Shown: positions 1 through 13,004 of the stretch, piece by piece | How the letters are laid out: each line of letters starts with the position of its first letter | Position numbering within the stretch: the first letter of the stretch is position 1 | Assembly: GCF_020745735.1 (NCBI RefSeq) | Contig: NC_083435.1 | Location: 28,519,231-28,583,230 of the forward strand | Direction: 5' to 3' | DNA: 64,000 nt | Origin: Hemiscyllium ocellatum | Taxonomy: Eukaryota | Program-made: the position numbers and the translations under genes | Notes under the pieces: model-generated | Seen by the model: only the letters and a program-made list of their open reading frames with translations | Database searches by the model: none | What the model was told of the DNA's origin: nothing

Positions 1-112
1 GCTAACCATGGAGCCACTGTCTGGTTTACTGCTGCCACTGATGAACAGAATCCCAGAGCTGTTGCTTGTTGCAGGGTACATCAGGAAACTGTTACACTGA
101 ATGATGACATTA

Positions 113-420
113 CTACAACTAATGGACAAAGCTTCAATATAAGGGGGAGCAGATTTAGGACTGAGTTGAGGAGGAACTTTTTCATCTAAAGTGTTGTGAA
201 TCTGCCAAATTCCCTGCCCAGTGAAGCACTTGAAGCTACCTCATTCAAAGTTTTTAAGGCAAAGATAGATTTTGGACAGTAAAGAGATTAAAGGTTATGG
301 TGAGAGGGCAGGTAAGTGAAGCTGAGTTTACTAAAAGATCAGCCATGATCTTACTGAATGATCAAACAGACTCAAAGGGCCAGATGGTCCATTTCTGTTT
401 CTAGTTCTTAAGTTCTTACT
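113..420 (+). mobile_element. CR1-type LINE 3' end fragment
   Basis: Degenerate ORF2 C-terminal text (ggggagcagatttaggactgag...aggaactttttc...gtgaatctg) followed by the typical tail gggccagatggtcc...gttcttaagttctt. Confidence 0.8.
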
Positions 421-822
421 GAGCAGAGAAACTGAAAGAACTCTGGATGCTGGAAATCAGAAAAAAAAACGGAAATGATGGAGGTTTTCAAGAAAATTCT
501 GTCTGAGCAGGGAGATTCCCTCTGAGGCACAGCTCCTTTCTTCCCTAACCAATGCCCAAGGAACCAAATGTTTCTTTATATTCCATAATTCACCACCCTT
601 GCCATCTGTTGATGACAACATAATCATATGAAGAGCCCATTCAACCTCTCTCGCCCGTCCACATTTTGTAGGAAAAGCAGGAAAAAGGAAGAAGCCATTC
701 AGCTGTTCAAAGCTGTCCCACTCTTCAATGAGATTGTGGCCATTCTGTATCCTAACCCCACTAACTCGGCCTGGCTCCACAAACCTTAAAATCCTTAGCA
801 ATCAGCATCTACTGATTTCTGA

Positions 823-1495
823 TTCAGAGTCAAAAAGTGTGACGCTGGAAAAGTACAGCCAGTCGGGCAACTTCCGAGAATAAGGGGGGGTCAACATTTC
901 AAGCATGAACGCTTCATCAGGAATGTGAGGGTGTCCCAAGGAGGGTGTGAGACAAATGGAGGGGGTGGTGTTGGCGATAAGTTAACTAGGAATGCAACAG
1001 GTGGATGAAGGTGGGTGGTGATGGTGATAGGTTATACTGGAGGGTGGAGCAGATAGGTAGGAAGGAAGATGGACAGGTAGGACAGTTCAAGAAGGTGGTG
1101 ATGAGTTGGAGGGTTGGATCTGGGATAAGGTGGGGGCAAGGGAGATGAGGAAACTGGTGAAATCAATGTTGATTCCACGTATTTGGAGGGTCCCAAGGCG
1201 GAAGATGAGGTGTTCTTCCTCCAGTCGTCAGGTGGCTAGGATTTGGTGTTGGAGGAGGCCCAGGGCATGCATGGGTTTGGCGGGGTGGGAGGAGGAGTTG
1301 AAGTGATTGGCCACATGGCAGTGTTCTATCCTGTCTCCCCAATGGAGAAGAGGCCACATGGAGAGCAACGGATACATGTTTGGAGGTGCAGAAAAATCTC
1401 TGCCAGACGTGGAAGGATTCTTTGGGTCCTTGGATGGAGGTGAGAGGGGAGGTGTGGGCACAGATTTTACCCCTCTTGCAAGGGATGCTGCCGAG
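823..1495 (-). mobile_element. Penelope-like element 3' fragment (degenerate GIY-YIG end plus terminal repeat)
   Basis: Minus-strand frames give HVANHFNSSSHP..HALGLLQHQ, homologous to the 57-kb PLE endonuclease end; decayed hammerhead motif CUGAUGAAG...GAAAUGUU at about 889-924. Confidence 0.8.
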
Positions 1496-1603
1496 AGTGG
1501 AGGTTGATTCAACATTGAGCCAGCAACTATGGCTTCTTCTGGGTCAGGCAAAGGGATAGATATCTTTAATCAATCTCTTCAGAGATGTTATAGCACTCGC
1601 CTG

Positions 1604-1665
1604 GAACAGGTAGGATTTGAACGTGACCCATCTGGTTCAGGAATAGGGTCTTCACCACTGCACCC
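1604..1665 (-). mobile_element. tRNA-derived SINE head remnant
   Basis: Reverse complement reads ggtgcagtggtgaag...gttcaaatcc (A-box/B-box-like); no cloverleaf, so not a tRNA gene. Confidence 0.45.
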
Positions 1666-2287
1666 CAAGAGTCCAATCAGAATGATCATTGTAAAGTGCT
1701 GCTGGAGACTGATGTTAGCTCTCATTCTGTTTATGAAGGCCTCCCTTTAGTGAGTTGTCAAATCACTGGCATTCAATCCTTTAGTTTCAGCTATTTCCAT
1801 GAATAGAATCAGCGGAAGGTGGATTTTCTCTGAGGGCTGAATGAACACACATTTGAGACTCAGTCACTGAGACTGGTTTCATTTATTAGCCTCATTTATG
1901 CCACGCTGACCCTCGATCCCTGCTGTCGGCTAATTGGGTTGCGAGGAATGAAATAGTAGCTTTGAGATAACAGCAGGCTTAAATTCAGAGCCTGGATCAT
2001 TTACAGGAACAATGTTCATTTCCAAGCTTCCTCCTCGACCAAGGTATTAAGCTGTCATCATTTCTGAATATTTCTTTTGTGTTCTAAGCAGACGCTGGGG
2101 AAAGGACAGAGCTTTGTTGCTGTATATACAAAGAACTTTGTCACCCTCCGTGTACAAACCCTGACAATGGGATTCTTTGTACTGAGAGAGATGCAGCATT
2201 GACTGCTGGAGGAGGGAAGGGTTTTGATCTCAGACAGTTGGTCGAAAGAGGCCCCCTGCAGAATCGGATCTGAAGCACACACGGGAA

Positions 2288-2400
2288 ATTTGCATTTCTA
2301 TAGTGCCTTTCACCGCCGCAGGCCATCCCAAATGCTCCAGTTACTGAAGTGATGTTGAAGATTGTTAGAATATGTTGGAAATGTCAGAAGCTTCAACAAG
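2288..2400 (-). mobile_element. DeuSINE/SacSINE1-like 3' tail fragment
   Basis: gcatttctatagtgcctttcac...catcccaaatgct is the reverse complement of the recalled DeuSINE-type tail; similar tails at about 11600-11650 and 26770-26830 (+). Confidence 0.5.
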
Positions 2401-2697
2401 ATTCTGCTGCTCTTGTGTTACCGCACACTAAATTCCCTTCCCCTATCTCCCCCTTGTGTTCAGTGATCTGCCCCCTGCTGCCAACTCATGAAAGACGACA
2501 TTGAAACATTTGTTTTCAAACTCTTGGTCCTTCCCCTACCCTTGTAATCTCCTCCAGCTCTCAACCTCCAGGATCTCTTCTGTCCTGCAATTCTTGAGTG
2601 TATCTGAGTTGAGCTGTTCCATCATTGGTAATTTGTCTGCGTCCTAAACTCTGGAAATCCCTCCGAGACCCTGTCTGCCTCTCTTCGAACAAAGAAC

Positions 2698-3505
2698 CTT
2701 ACAGCACAGGAACAGGCCTTTTGGCCTTCCAAGCCTGCACCGATTCAAATCCTCTATCTAAACCTGCTGCCTATTTTCTCAGGATCTGTATCCCTTTGCT
2801 CCCTGCCCATTCACGTATCTGTCCAGATACATCTTTAATGATGCTATCGTTCCAGCCTCTATCACCTTCGCTGGCAACACATTCCAGGGACCCACCACCT
2901 CTGTGTTAAGAACCTTCCACGTATATCTCACCTAAACCTTTCCCCCTTTCACTTTGAACTTGTGACCCTTAGTAATTGAGTCCTCACTCTGGGAAAAAGC
3001 TTCTTGCTCTCCAACCTGTCCATACCTCACATGATTTTGTAGGCCTCAATCAGGTCCCCCCCTCAACCTCCTCCTTTCCAATGAAAATAATCCTAGTCTA
3101 CCCAACCTTTCCTCGTAGCTAGCACCCACCATACCATGCAACATCCTGGTGAACCTCCTCTGCACCCACTCCAAAGCATTCACATCCTTTTAGCAGTGCG
3201 GAGACCAGACCTGTATGCGGTATTCCAAATGTGGCTCAACCAAAATCTGATACAACTCTAACATTACCTGCCAACTCTTGTACTCAATACCCCGTCCAAT
3301 CAAGGAAAGCATGCTATCTGCCTGCTTGACCACTCTACTTACCTGTGTAGCCACCTTCAGGAAACAATGGATTTGAACACCCAAATCTCTCTGTATATCA
3401 ATTTTCCCAAGGCCTTTCCATTTACTGCATAGTTTGCTTTTGATGCATCTTCCAAAATGCATCACCTCGTATTTGTCCGGATTGAACTCCACCTGCCATT
3501 TCTTG
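2698..3505 (-). mobile_element. CR1 LINE 3' fragment (RT C-terminal half)
   Basis: ORF 3190-3510: WQVEFNPDKYEVMHFGR...DLGVQIH...LVEPHLEYRIQVWSPH, typical CR1 ORF2; 3' tail near 2700. Confidence 0.9.
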
Positions 3506-4324
3506 GACACTGTGAGGCAGCAGAGCTAACCACTGAGCAGTCTCATCCGACGATTGAAGAAACTAAGGAAAAGTATTGATGATTACCTGTGGGATAAGAA
3601 TCGGGGAGTGGGATTAATTGGATGGCTCTTACAAAAAGCCAGCATGGGGTCTGTGGGCTGAATGGCCTCCATCTGATCTGTAGATTTGCATGAAGTTTTA
3701 TCCTGACCTTTAAAGACGTGTGTTAGATCATGCCTTACCCTGCATCTCTCGAGTGACAATAAATTCTTCCCACCTTAAAATATCTCCTCTCAGAACTTTT
3801 CATTTGTAAATCAATTTTGTGTTAAATACAACGATAAGATGTGGCAAATCTCACTGGGAGCCACCTTTAAAGAGCAGGAATGGAGCTAAACGATACCAGA
3901 GGTGAGGAGCTGCTCATTATTTGTCTCTGTCTCTGTGAAGGAGCTGAATTATTCATTGCGTACCTGGATCATGCTGAGAGTCACATTGAAACTGGTTCAC
4001 ATCTTTTACAAAACATTGATAATACTCCAACAGTGGAACGCTTCATTTAATATTATTGAAATAATAAATAAATGACTGGGTTTTGTGCCCCAGGACTAAA
4101 CAAAGAGGAAAGAATTTATCATAAATAAATCAACAACCAGGTTAAAATCACAGAGTCTTACAACACAGACTGAGGTAATTTGACCCATAGTGCCCGAGTT
4201 CAGTTTGAAAGAACAGTACAATTAGCCCCACTTCCATCCACCTTTCTTCTTTTAAATATTTTTCCAACTTTATTTTGAAAATATTGCTTCCTCTTTCTAC
4301 GCAGCACACTTAAGATTATCATAA

Positions 4325-4628
4325 TTTCATGGAATCCCTACGTCCCTACATGGAAGCAGGCCACTCAGCCCATTGAGTCTGCACTGACCCTCCAAAGGGT
4401 ATCCCACCCAGAGCCATTCCCTTCTATTCTATTGCTCACAGCCTTGCAGTACCTAATGCTAATCCACCTAATCTTCACACCTTTGGATTGTGGGACAAAA
4501 TCGGAGCATGGAATGGAAACCCACGCAGACGCAGGGCAAATTTGCAAATTCCATACAGACAGTTTCCTGAGGGTGGAATCGAACCCAGGTCCCTGGCACT
4601 GTGCTAACCATTGAGGCACCTCGCCACC
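4325..4628 (-). mobile_element. HE1-like V-SINE
   Basis: tRNA-like head (ggttagcacagtgccagggacctgggttcgattcc on minus), V-domain (tgtatggaatttgcaaatttgccctgcgtctgcgtgggtttcc), CR1-like tail. Confidence 0.9.
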
Positions 4629-4744
4629 CTCAACTTGTTTCTTCATACTGCCTCTGGTTGTTCTGCCACTCAGCTCAAATCTGAGTCTTCAATCCTTGAG
4701 CTGGTGGAACCAATATTTTCCTTACTTGCTCTGCCAAACTATTC

Positions 4745-4950
4745 CAAACATTGATCATTTTCATCAAATCTTCTTTAAATCTTTTCAGCTCGAGAGACAT
4801 CAATCCCATCTTTTCCAGTCACTTGACATTAATCAAAGACCCTCTATTGCTTGTAGCCTCTGATAAATCTCCTGTGCACCCTCTCCAAGTCTTTGACATC
4901 CCACCTAAAGTTGGTGCTCAAAACTGGGCAACTTATACCCTCTGAAGCCA
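4745..4950 (-). mobile_element. CR1 LINE fragment
   Basis: Minus frame CPVLSTNFRWDVKDLERVHRRFIRG. Confidence 0.7.
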
Positions 4951-6089
4951 AGCCAGACTCCCTGTTCCAGACCTGTGCTAGGGGAGGGCCTCTTTTCATG
5001 GCTACCACTTTCCCAGTGTGATCCTTGAAGATTGACATCATTAGACATGCCTTTTAATTGAAAACAAAGGTTATTCCAACAATGAGAAAAAGCTGAGATT
5101 TATACATCACCTTTTACAGTCTCGAGGTGGTTTGTAATTCAGGAGGGAAGCTGGAACAGGTGGTGTTCCCAAGTATCTGCTGTCCTTGTCGTTCTAGATG
5201 AGGGGGGAGAATGGGGTGTTTAGGAAATGCTACCCCATCAGCCTTAGCTAGTTGCTACAGTAAAACATGTGAGTAATACACCAGAGCCACAGTCTACCAT
5301 TGGTGGAGCTGATGGGTGGAATGTTGATCACAAGCATTGCTTTCCAATGAAAAGATACATCATCATTGTCTGAAAGTATGGAACCTTCTTTCTTTAGAGC
5401 TGGGGACCACTTTTTGTGTTTCGTTCTTTGATTGAATTCAGTCCTCACCTCACTCAATCACCATTCCCTACAGGTCAATCATTTCAATTCTGTTAGAATC
5501 CCTTTCTTATTTTTCTGCGGGAGTGTTATTCTCCAGCAGATTTGACAAAAGTGAGTCCATTACCGGAGATAAACCACAAAGGTTGAAAGTCAAACCAGCA
5601 TTGTGTGCGGTGATTTGATGAATACCATACTGAAATGATCTTTCTCAGGCGGGCCAGTGGTGACTAATAGAAAACACTGGCAGTTTATGAGCACAATACA
5701 AGTATGTCAGATTACTCTCTGTCCACATATAACTGAGAAACCTTTCCAATGTTAGGAAAAATGGACCCTGTTATGATTTGAGACTATGACAGACATGTTG
5801 CACAAACTGTGTGACCAGGTGGGAGACTCAGTGTAGATGCTCCAAGTTAAACTGATTGGAATTTGCAAGTGATTTTCAGCTTCACTTCACTTGTCGTTCC
5901 ATCTGAATTGCTCCTTCTTTACAGAAATTGTAGCTGTAAATATAATTACAGTCAAACCTGCTTTATCTTGTGGTTTAAGACAAAACTGTGAACTGAAGAG
6001 AAAGTGAGGACTGCAGATGCTGGAGATCAGAGCTGAAAATGAGTTGCTGGAAAAGCACAGCAGGTCAGGCAACATCCAAGGAGCACGAG

Positions 6090-6125
6090 AATCGACGTTT
6101 CGGGCATGAGTCCTTCTTCAGGAAT
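6090..6125 (-). ncRNA. Minimal type I hammerhead ribozyme motif (partly decayed)
   Basis: AUUC CUGAAGA A GGAC UCAU GCCC GAAAC GUC GAUU; one A-C mismatch in stem II. Confidence 0.6.
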
Positions 6126-7305
6126 GAGGAAAGTGTATCCAGCAGGCTAAGATAAAAGGTAGGGAGGAGGGACTTGGGGGAGAGGCTTTGGAAATGCGAT
6201 AGGTGGAAGGATGTCAAGGTGAGGGTGATAAGTCAGAATGGCGGTGGGGGCGGAGAGGTCAGGAAGAAGATTACAGGTTAGAAAGGCAGTGCTGAGTTCG
6301 AGGGATTTGAGTGAGACAAGGTGGGGAAGGGAAGTGAGGAAACTGGAGAAATCTGAGTTCATCCCTTGTGGTTAGAGGATTCCTCGGCGGAAGATGAGGC
6401 GCTCTTCCTCCAGCCGTCGTGTTGCTATGGTCTGGCGATGGAGGAGTCCAAGGACCTGCATGTCCTTGGTGGAGTGGGAGGGGGAGTTGAAGTGTTGAGC
6501 CACGGGTTGGTTAAGTTGGTTGGTTCGGGTGTCCCAGAGGTGTTCTCTGAAACATCCGCAAGTAGGCGGCCTGACTCCCCAATATAGAGGAGGCCACATC
6601 AGGTTCAGCGGATGCAGTAAATGATGTATGTGGAGGTGCAGGTGAATTTGTGGTGGATATGGAAGAATCCCTTGGGGCCTTGGAGGGAAGTAAGGGTGGA
6701 GGTGTGGGCGCAAGTTTTGCAATTCTTGCGGTTGCAGGGGAAGGTGCCAGGAGAGGAGCTTGGGTTAGTGGGGAGTGTGGACCCCCTCTTACTTCCCTCC
6801 AAGGCCCCAAGGGATCCTTCCATATCTGTCACTTGCTGCACCCGATATGGCCTCCTCTACGTTGGGGAGACAGGCCGCCTACCTGCGGAACATTTCAGAG
6901 AACATCTCTAGGACACCCGGAGCAACCAACCTAACCACCCCGTGGCTCAACACTTCAACTCCCCTTCCCACTCCACCAAGGATATGCAGGTCCTTGGACT
7001 CCTCCATCGCCAGACCATAGCAACACGATGGCTGGAGGAAGAGCGCCTAGAAACCCTCCAACCACAAGGTATGAATTCAGATTTCTCCTTTTTCCTCATT
7101 TCCCCACCCCCCACCTTGTCTCAGTCAAATCCCTCGAACTCAGCACCGCCTTCCTAACCTGCAATCTTCTTCCTGACCTCTCCGCCCCCACCCTACTCCG
7201 GCCTATCACCCTCACCTTGACCTCCTTCCACCTCTCGCATTTCCAATGCCCGTCCAAGTCCCTCCTCCCTACCTTTTATCTTAGCCTGCTGGACACACTT
7301 TCCTC

Positions 7306-7341
7306 ATTCCTGAAGAACGGCTCATGCCCGAAATGTCGATT
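7306..7341 (+). ncRNA. Minimal hammerhead ribozyme motif (decayed)
   Basis: AUUC CUGAAGA ACGGC UCAU GCCC GAAAU GUC GAUU; CpG decay in the ACGU palindrome. Confidence 0.45.
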
Positions 7342-8539
7342 CTCTTGCTCCTTGGATGCTGCCTGACCTGCTGTGCTTTTCCAGCAACACATTTTCAAAA
7401 CTGTGAATTGAGCATGGAGCTAGGTGCCTGGAGTATCCTGGACAGTAGTATTCGTACATGTATGGTATGTAGAATGTACCAAATAGCACCATGGGGTGTT
7501 CCTTTACCACAAGGAATGCAGCATTTTAAGAGAATAGCTCACCACTACATTCTCCAGAACAATTAGGAATAGACAACAAAGGCTAGCATTTACAGCAATA
7601 CCCAGATCCCCAAAAACAAAAGGATTTAAAATTGTGATCAGTCTCCATCAACGAACTCTAACTAATTCCGATATGTAGTGATGAGCTTTTCAAATCACTC
7701 ATACACATCATTTCGCCAATGACTCAGATACTAGAGTCTGATCTGTAATTATCTGGGAGATGGCATTCTAAATTTACATCTGAATCCACACTAAATAGCT
7801 TCCACCATCTGTCTGGTAATCTTGTCCCATAGATAGTCGACTCATTTAGGGAAATGTTGGATTCCTAGCTTAGTTTTGTATAAGAGCCCCCAGTCCCTTC
7901 AAGTTCAGGTTGTGTACTCTGGTAGGACTGCCCTGAGCGGCTGAGATGGTTGGTCATGGCCTGTGTTACCAAGGTCCCCTTAGAATATCTGAAACAGCAT
8001 GTGGCCAAATCACAGCCCAGAACATGCACAAGGTCGTGGATGCTCAATGTGAACAGCACTACGATCAGACTCAATCAAATCAAAGCTACAGGATAATGCA
8101 AGCAAAGTGCCATCTGAGCAGGAGGCAAAATGACAGAGAATCACTGGAACAGGGAGAGAGACATTTGTAAATGTTCATCCGGTCCCCAGACTGAACGACT
8201 AGAAAATGTTCCTGCTCTGCAAATGCCTAAACAATCAGTTCAAGGATGTGAAAAATGAAATGATTGGAGATTCAACTGGAAACAATTCCACTTGATTAAA
8301 ATTTAAGCAGGACACATCAGGACCAAGTTATAAATTATGAATCGACTGCGTGTTGAAAGCCGGGTATGTTTGACCTTCAGATCAGCGCAAAACCATCTGA
8401 GTATTTCTCAAACACCTTCCACTGAAGCTTGCGATTGCATTTCGACATTCACCAGTTTCTGACCCGATGAGGAATTCAGGCCCTGGAATCACAACTGGGA
8501 GAGTTTTGGAGAAACAATTAGTGTGGTCAGCTGAAGGCT

Positions 8540-8830
8540 GCATTTCTGTAGCACCACCTCGGGACATCCTCCAAAGCAGCGTTCTGTCTCGAAATGTGGT
8601 CACTGCCTAGATGTACCAAACATAGCAGTCAACTTGTGTACAGCCAGATCCCACAAAGAGAAAACAACCAGGCAATCTATTTTCTAGTGGATGCTTGGAG
8701 AGATAAATATTGAGATGATCATTGGGATTGAAGAGGAGAGTGGAATTTTGTACGGTCAGCAGACAGGATCTTGGCTTAACGTCCTATCTCAACAATGTAA
8801 CCTCTAACTATGCAGCACTCCTCCGGACTC
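8540..8830 (-). mobile_element. DeuSINE/SacSINE1-like SINE
   Basis: Tail plus Deu-domain-like text (cagatcccacaaa...gataaatattg) and tgcagcactcc segment; family name from recall only. Confidence 0.55.
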
Positions 8831-9019
8831 GTAGAAGTGAGTCAATGTGGTTTGGAGCACTCTGCCTGGAAGGGTGTGGGAGCAGTTTCAATGGTAACTT
8901 GCAAAATGGAATAGGCCAAACATTTGAAAAGCGAAATAATCAGCGATAAGTAGGAGATTGGGTGCAGAGGAATTGCATTTTTAGTACAGACACAATAGAC
9001 TGAATGGCCTCCATTTGTT

Positions 9020-9330
9020 CTAGAATCCCTACAGCACAGAAAGAGTTGATTCAACCTGTCGAGTCTGTACTGACCCTTCGAAGAGCACTCTGACCTGATC
9101 CTTGCTTTTTCCATGGCTAATCCACCTAATTTGAACATATGGGGCAATTTAGCATAGCCAACCTGCCTAACAAGCAGAACTCTGGGCTGTGGGAGGAAAC
9201 TAGAGCACCCAGAAAACACCCACACACACATGGGGAGAATGTGCAAGGTCCACACACAGTCACCTGAAGGACGAATTGAACCCGGGTCTGTGGCACTGTG
9301 AGGCAGCCGTGCTAACCACTGTGCTGCCCA
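9020..9330 (-). mobile_element. HE1-like V-SINE
   Basis: Head gggcagcacagtggttagcacggctgcctcacagtgcc on minus, V-domain, tail. Confidence 0.9.
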
Positions 9331-9984
9331 ATCATATGGTACACCCTATAATGAATGAATGTATGCTCCACTTCCATGACACTTTCGAACCTGTTAAATG
9401 CCTCAGTTCCTCCCGAGATTTATCTCTCTCATTCCAGTTCCATTGAACCAAAGGACAACCTGCTCCTTGCAAGCACCCAGTGCCTTCCCCTTCCTCAAGC
9501 AGCCAACTTTGATTCCCTCGTGGTGAGGTAATCGCATAACAAAAGCTGTTCAGTGTAAGGTGAAGAGTCTCAATGAAGATACTCAGCTGGTGAAAATAGA
9601 ATCTCTTTCAAATTTTAATGGAAGCAGAATGACTGGAGGGAATTGGACTTTGTGTGAAAGTGATTGCTAGGGACTCCCCACACACTGTGATAACTAACAG
9701 CAGTGAGACTCACAAGGATAGACTTAAGGCACTGGATGGGGGCTGTGACTTTCAGACAAGGACAGCTCAAATATCAGGGGAAACATCGATGAGAGTGACT
9801 TAGTCTTACAGCCTTCAGACTTTAAGATTCCAAGTGCAGAATCCTTTCCTTCCTGTTTTGTCTCTTCTCTTTTCAAACACACTCCAGCTGAATACTATGT
9901 GCCTCATATTCCCATTAACGAAATACCCAAATCTGACAGCTCTGTGATAAAACAATGCAGTTTAGCAACATTGCCAAAACGCAT

Positions 9985-10013
9985 GGGGAGAGAGTGAGTG
10001 AGAGAGAAAGACC

Positions 10014-10053
<40 letters not shown>

Positions 10054-10062
10054 GAGAGAGAG
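9985..10062. repeat. (GA)n/(GAGACA)n microsatellite
   Basis: Direct reading. Confidence 0.95.
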
Positions 10063-10779
10063 AACTCTTTCTTTTCATCTAAACAAACCAGTCAAACATT
10101 GCCACTGGCAGTATCTACATTGGATCAGGGAATGGTACAGCACAGGAAGTAGCTATTCATTCCATTGTACCTGGACTAGCCCTGTGGCAGAACTGTCTGT
10201 TATTCCACTTACTCTGTCAGAATTCCTGCTGCTGAGATGAAATGACAAATGAAGGGAATGGGATCATTGCAGGTGTTAATTATGAAGGTAACAGAATCAG
10301 AGACTAGGTCCTTCTGTAAATAACAAACACAATTCACCTCCACAAAACAGCACAGTCCCCACTTGAACCACAATGTGGACAAAATAGAAAGAGGAAGCTA
10401 TACTAATTTGTACATCAGCTTGTTGCACAAGTCTTGTTGTGCAAAATAATGACTAGAGAAATGCAGTCTCTCTCACATGGATAGGCAATGAAAAATGAGA
10501 CTCCCCTCTTGCTCAGTCCCAGATTCCTCAGCAATACGTCTCTCACTGATCTCCTGAATCAACAGGTATGGTATTCCAAGCATCACTTCACCAGTTCCCA
10601 GTCAGTGTGCGTTTGACACATAGAATTGGATCTTTCAATCAGCTGCCCCAGTCTAGTTTTGAAATTCTGGACAGAGGGAGAGAGAGAAATCTTGGCACTA
10701 ACCCCGCTTCCAGGTTGAACTGAGCAGCTCAAATCTTTGAGAAATCAAGTATCAGAGTCTCAGGAAAAAAAGACAACCT

Positions 10780-11505
10780 GGTATTGGGAGTTGAGCAAAG
10801 CTTCCTCCTCCTCCCCTCACATCGATGGGAGTTCCTTAATGAGTGCTAATTGGGGATGGACAAAGCCTGCACTGAACTGGTGGAGTTCCATGAGATGGAG
10901 CCACAGGAGTTTTAGTTAAGGATGCTGAAGCAGCTAGTTGGTGAAGTAGGGGATAGTCCATTCTTCCATAGTTATGGGTGCTGAAGCAAAAGTTGGTGAA
11001 ATGAGGGATAGTCCATTCTTCCATAGTTATGGGTGCTGAAGCAGCTAGTTGGTGAAGTGAGGGACAGTTGGCAGCTCTGCCTCCAATTGCAAGGACACAA
11101 AACTCCGGAATTTCTTCGCTTCACCCTTCCACCTCCCAACTCTTAGTTGCAGGGTGAGGTAGGGTTCAGCAGCATCAGTGAGGTGGGCCAGTGGCGAAGA
11201 GATGGCACCTGAAGTGGGGCAACTCCTCCATTGCAGAGTCTGGTGTGGGCAGCAGCAAGACGGTGGTCTCCCTTTCTGTTCCTGGAGGTGAGGTGCCGGC
11301 GTGCACTGGGTTGGAAAGACTCCTATTCTGAACTTACTATTTATTCATTTTTCTAATTAATTCCTATGACCTGTAATACTGGACTTATTAATTCTACTTT
11401 TCTACTTTTGTGTGTAAGATGGCAACGTAATGTGGCAACTTGCAAACTTGTTACTGTACTTATCTGTGTGCGTGTGGCAAGAAAGCTAACTCAATTCATT
11501 TCTCT
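10780..11505 (+). mobile_element. Unclassified interspersed repeat; second copy at about 53650-54245
   Basis: Shared 3' segment gtggcaacttgcaaacttgttactgtactta versus gtggtgacttgtaaacttttcactgtactca, each preceded by a T-rich tract and ending in a short ctaa(c/t)tc-type tail. Confidence 0.45.
10923..11066. repeat. 55-56 bp tandem repeat, about 2.5 copies
   Basis: Unit tgctgaagcagctagttggtgaagtaggggatagtccattcttccatagttatggg starts at 10923, 10979 and 11034. Confidence 0.9.
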
Positions 11506-11689
11506 CTCCTCCTTTGATAAAACAAAAAACCTTGCCCAGCCTTTTGGCCATCTGCCATAACATCTCCTGGCATGGCTATATCTCAAATTGTAATTGTCAA
11601 GCACCTTGGGATATTTTAGTGTCTTCAAGGTGCTAAATCAATGCAAATTATTCTGTATTTAACAAAGTCATGGCATTGTACACTCAGAA

Positions 11690-12140
11690 GTCCTGTCATC
11701 CATCAGGTTTACACTGACAATAAACTACCTTAAATCTACACTTGTCCCACTTTACAGCACATGGCCCACAGCCTTCAAGTGCTCATCCAAGTACTTTTAA
11801 AAGGTAGTGGGGTTTCCCCCTCTATTACCCACCGAGGCATTGTATTCCCCATTCTCACTATCCACTGGGTAAAACATTACTTTCCTCAAATCCCCTTTCA
11901 CCTTAAAATTAAATGCTCTTATTATTGACCCTTCAGCTAAGGGGAGAGTTGTTTTCTATTCACACTGTCCATGTCCATCATAATCTTATACACCTTTATC
12001 AGGTCTCCTCTCAGCCGTCTCTGCTCTAAAGAAAACAACCAGAGTTCATCCAGTCTCTCTTCATGACTAAACTGCTTCATCCCAGGCAACATTCTGGTGA
12101 ATCACCTCTGCACCCCCTAGAGTGCAACTTGTTGCAGAGG
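11690..12140 (-). mobile_element. CR1 LINE 3' fragment
   Basis: Reverse complement of the CR1 ORF2 end (aggtctcctctcagccgtctctgctctaaagaaaacaacc) and tail (gtcccactttacagcacatggccc). Confidence 0.8.
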
Positions 12141-13004
12141 GGTAAAATAATTGTGGCTGAAATCTCTCCTTCCTTCTGCAAACTCGAAGCCTTTGATGCT
12201 ATCCAGAAGAAGATTCTTAACCCAGGAATGAATAGAAATGCTTAGGTTATTTTGATTTAGAGAACTAATTTGCCGATATGAAGGGAGGTTTCTCATCTTC
12301 TGGAGGGAGAGGGGGCTCAGTCCATCAGTCACACTCTCAAACAGGATACGGTCTCCAGGAGGAATTTACTGGGATGGAAACTTTCCAGACCTGGGCAGCC
12401 TCTGTGGAGAAAGGAACAAAGAATTTTCCAGAAACAAATTCGGAGAATGCTAGACAAATTCAACAAGTCTGGGAGCACCTGTAGAGCGAGAGGCAGAATT
12501 AACATTTAACATCGGGTATGTCTGTTCATCTGCAGCACTTTACTTTTACATCGACATTTTTTTAGGTATTTTCCAGCTCTCGCCAGAGTTTTACCTCATT
12601 CACTGTCTCAATGGCTCTAGAATAAATGACTATTCTAGACCTAATAAGGAGGACTCTTCAGCTCATCTCTCTGGGACACAAGAAAAATGTCGAGGATGCA
12701 GGAAGTGAGAATTGAAATCACTGGGAGACAGACAGAAGTGAAGGAAGGGAAAGGGGAAGGATAGTAATGATGAAGGAGGGGCAGAATGACGACATGATGC
12801 TGGTGAGGGGAGAAGAGGGAAGGCAGGGCTGGGAGGGGGAAGAACATGACCGGGGTCGAAACAGGGGAGAAGAGAATTAATAGATATTTGAGAAGGCAGG
12901 AGGAAAGGGCGAGTGTGGTTGAAAGATAGATGAGGGAGTGAGGAAGTAGGAAACAGACAGAGTGGAACAGAGGGACTCAGGTAGTGGAGTGGGGAAGGGG
13001 AAAT

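Larger units (their letters stand above)
5997..7395. mobile_element. Penelope-like fold-back insertion: two inverted 3' fragments (minus arm about 5997-6782, plus arm about 6783-7395)
   Basis: Both arms encode GIY-YIG remnants (IIYCIR..CGLLY.GE.GRL); 16-bp TSD caaaactgtgaa(c/t)tga at 5981-5996 and 7396-7411. Confidence 0.9.

Noticed and set aside
7946-8170. Gln-rich 74-aa ORF, possibly an LTR-retrotransposon remnant
   Set aside because: No recognisable catalytic or structural motif; evidence too weak to call
12270-12700. Strong minus-strand splice acceptors suggesting small exons
   Set aside because: All frames close quickly and the region overlaps decayed PLE terminal repeats
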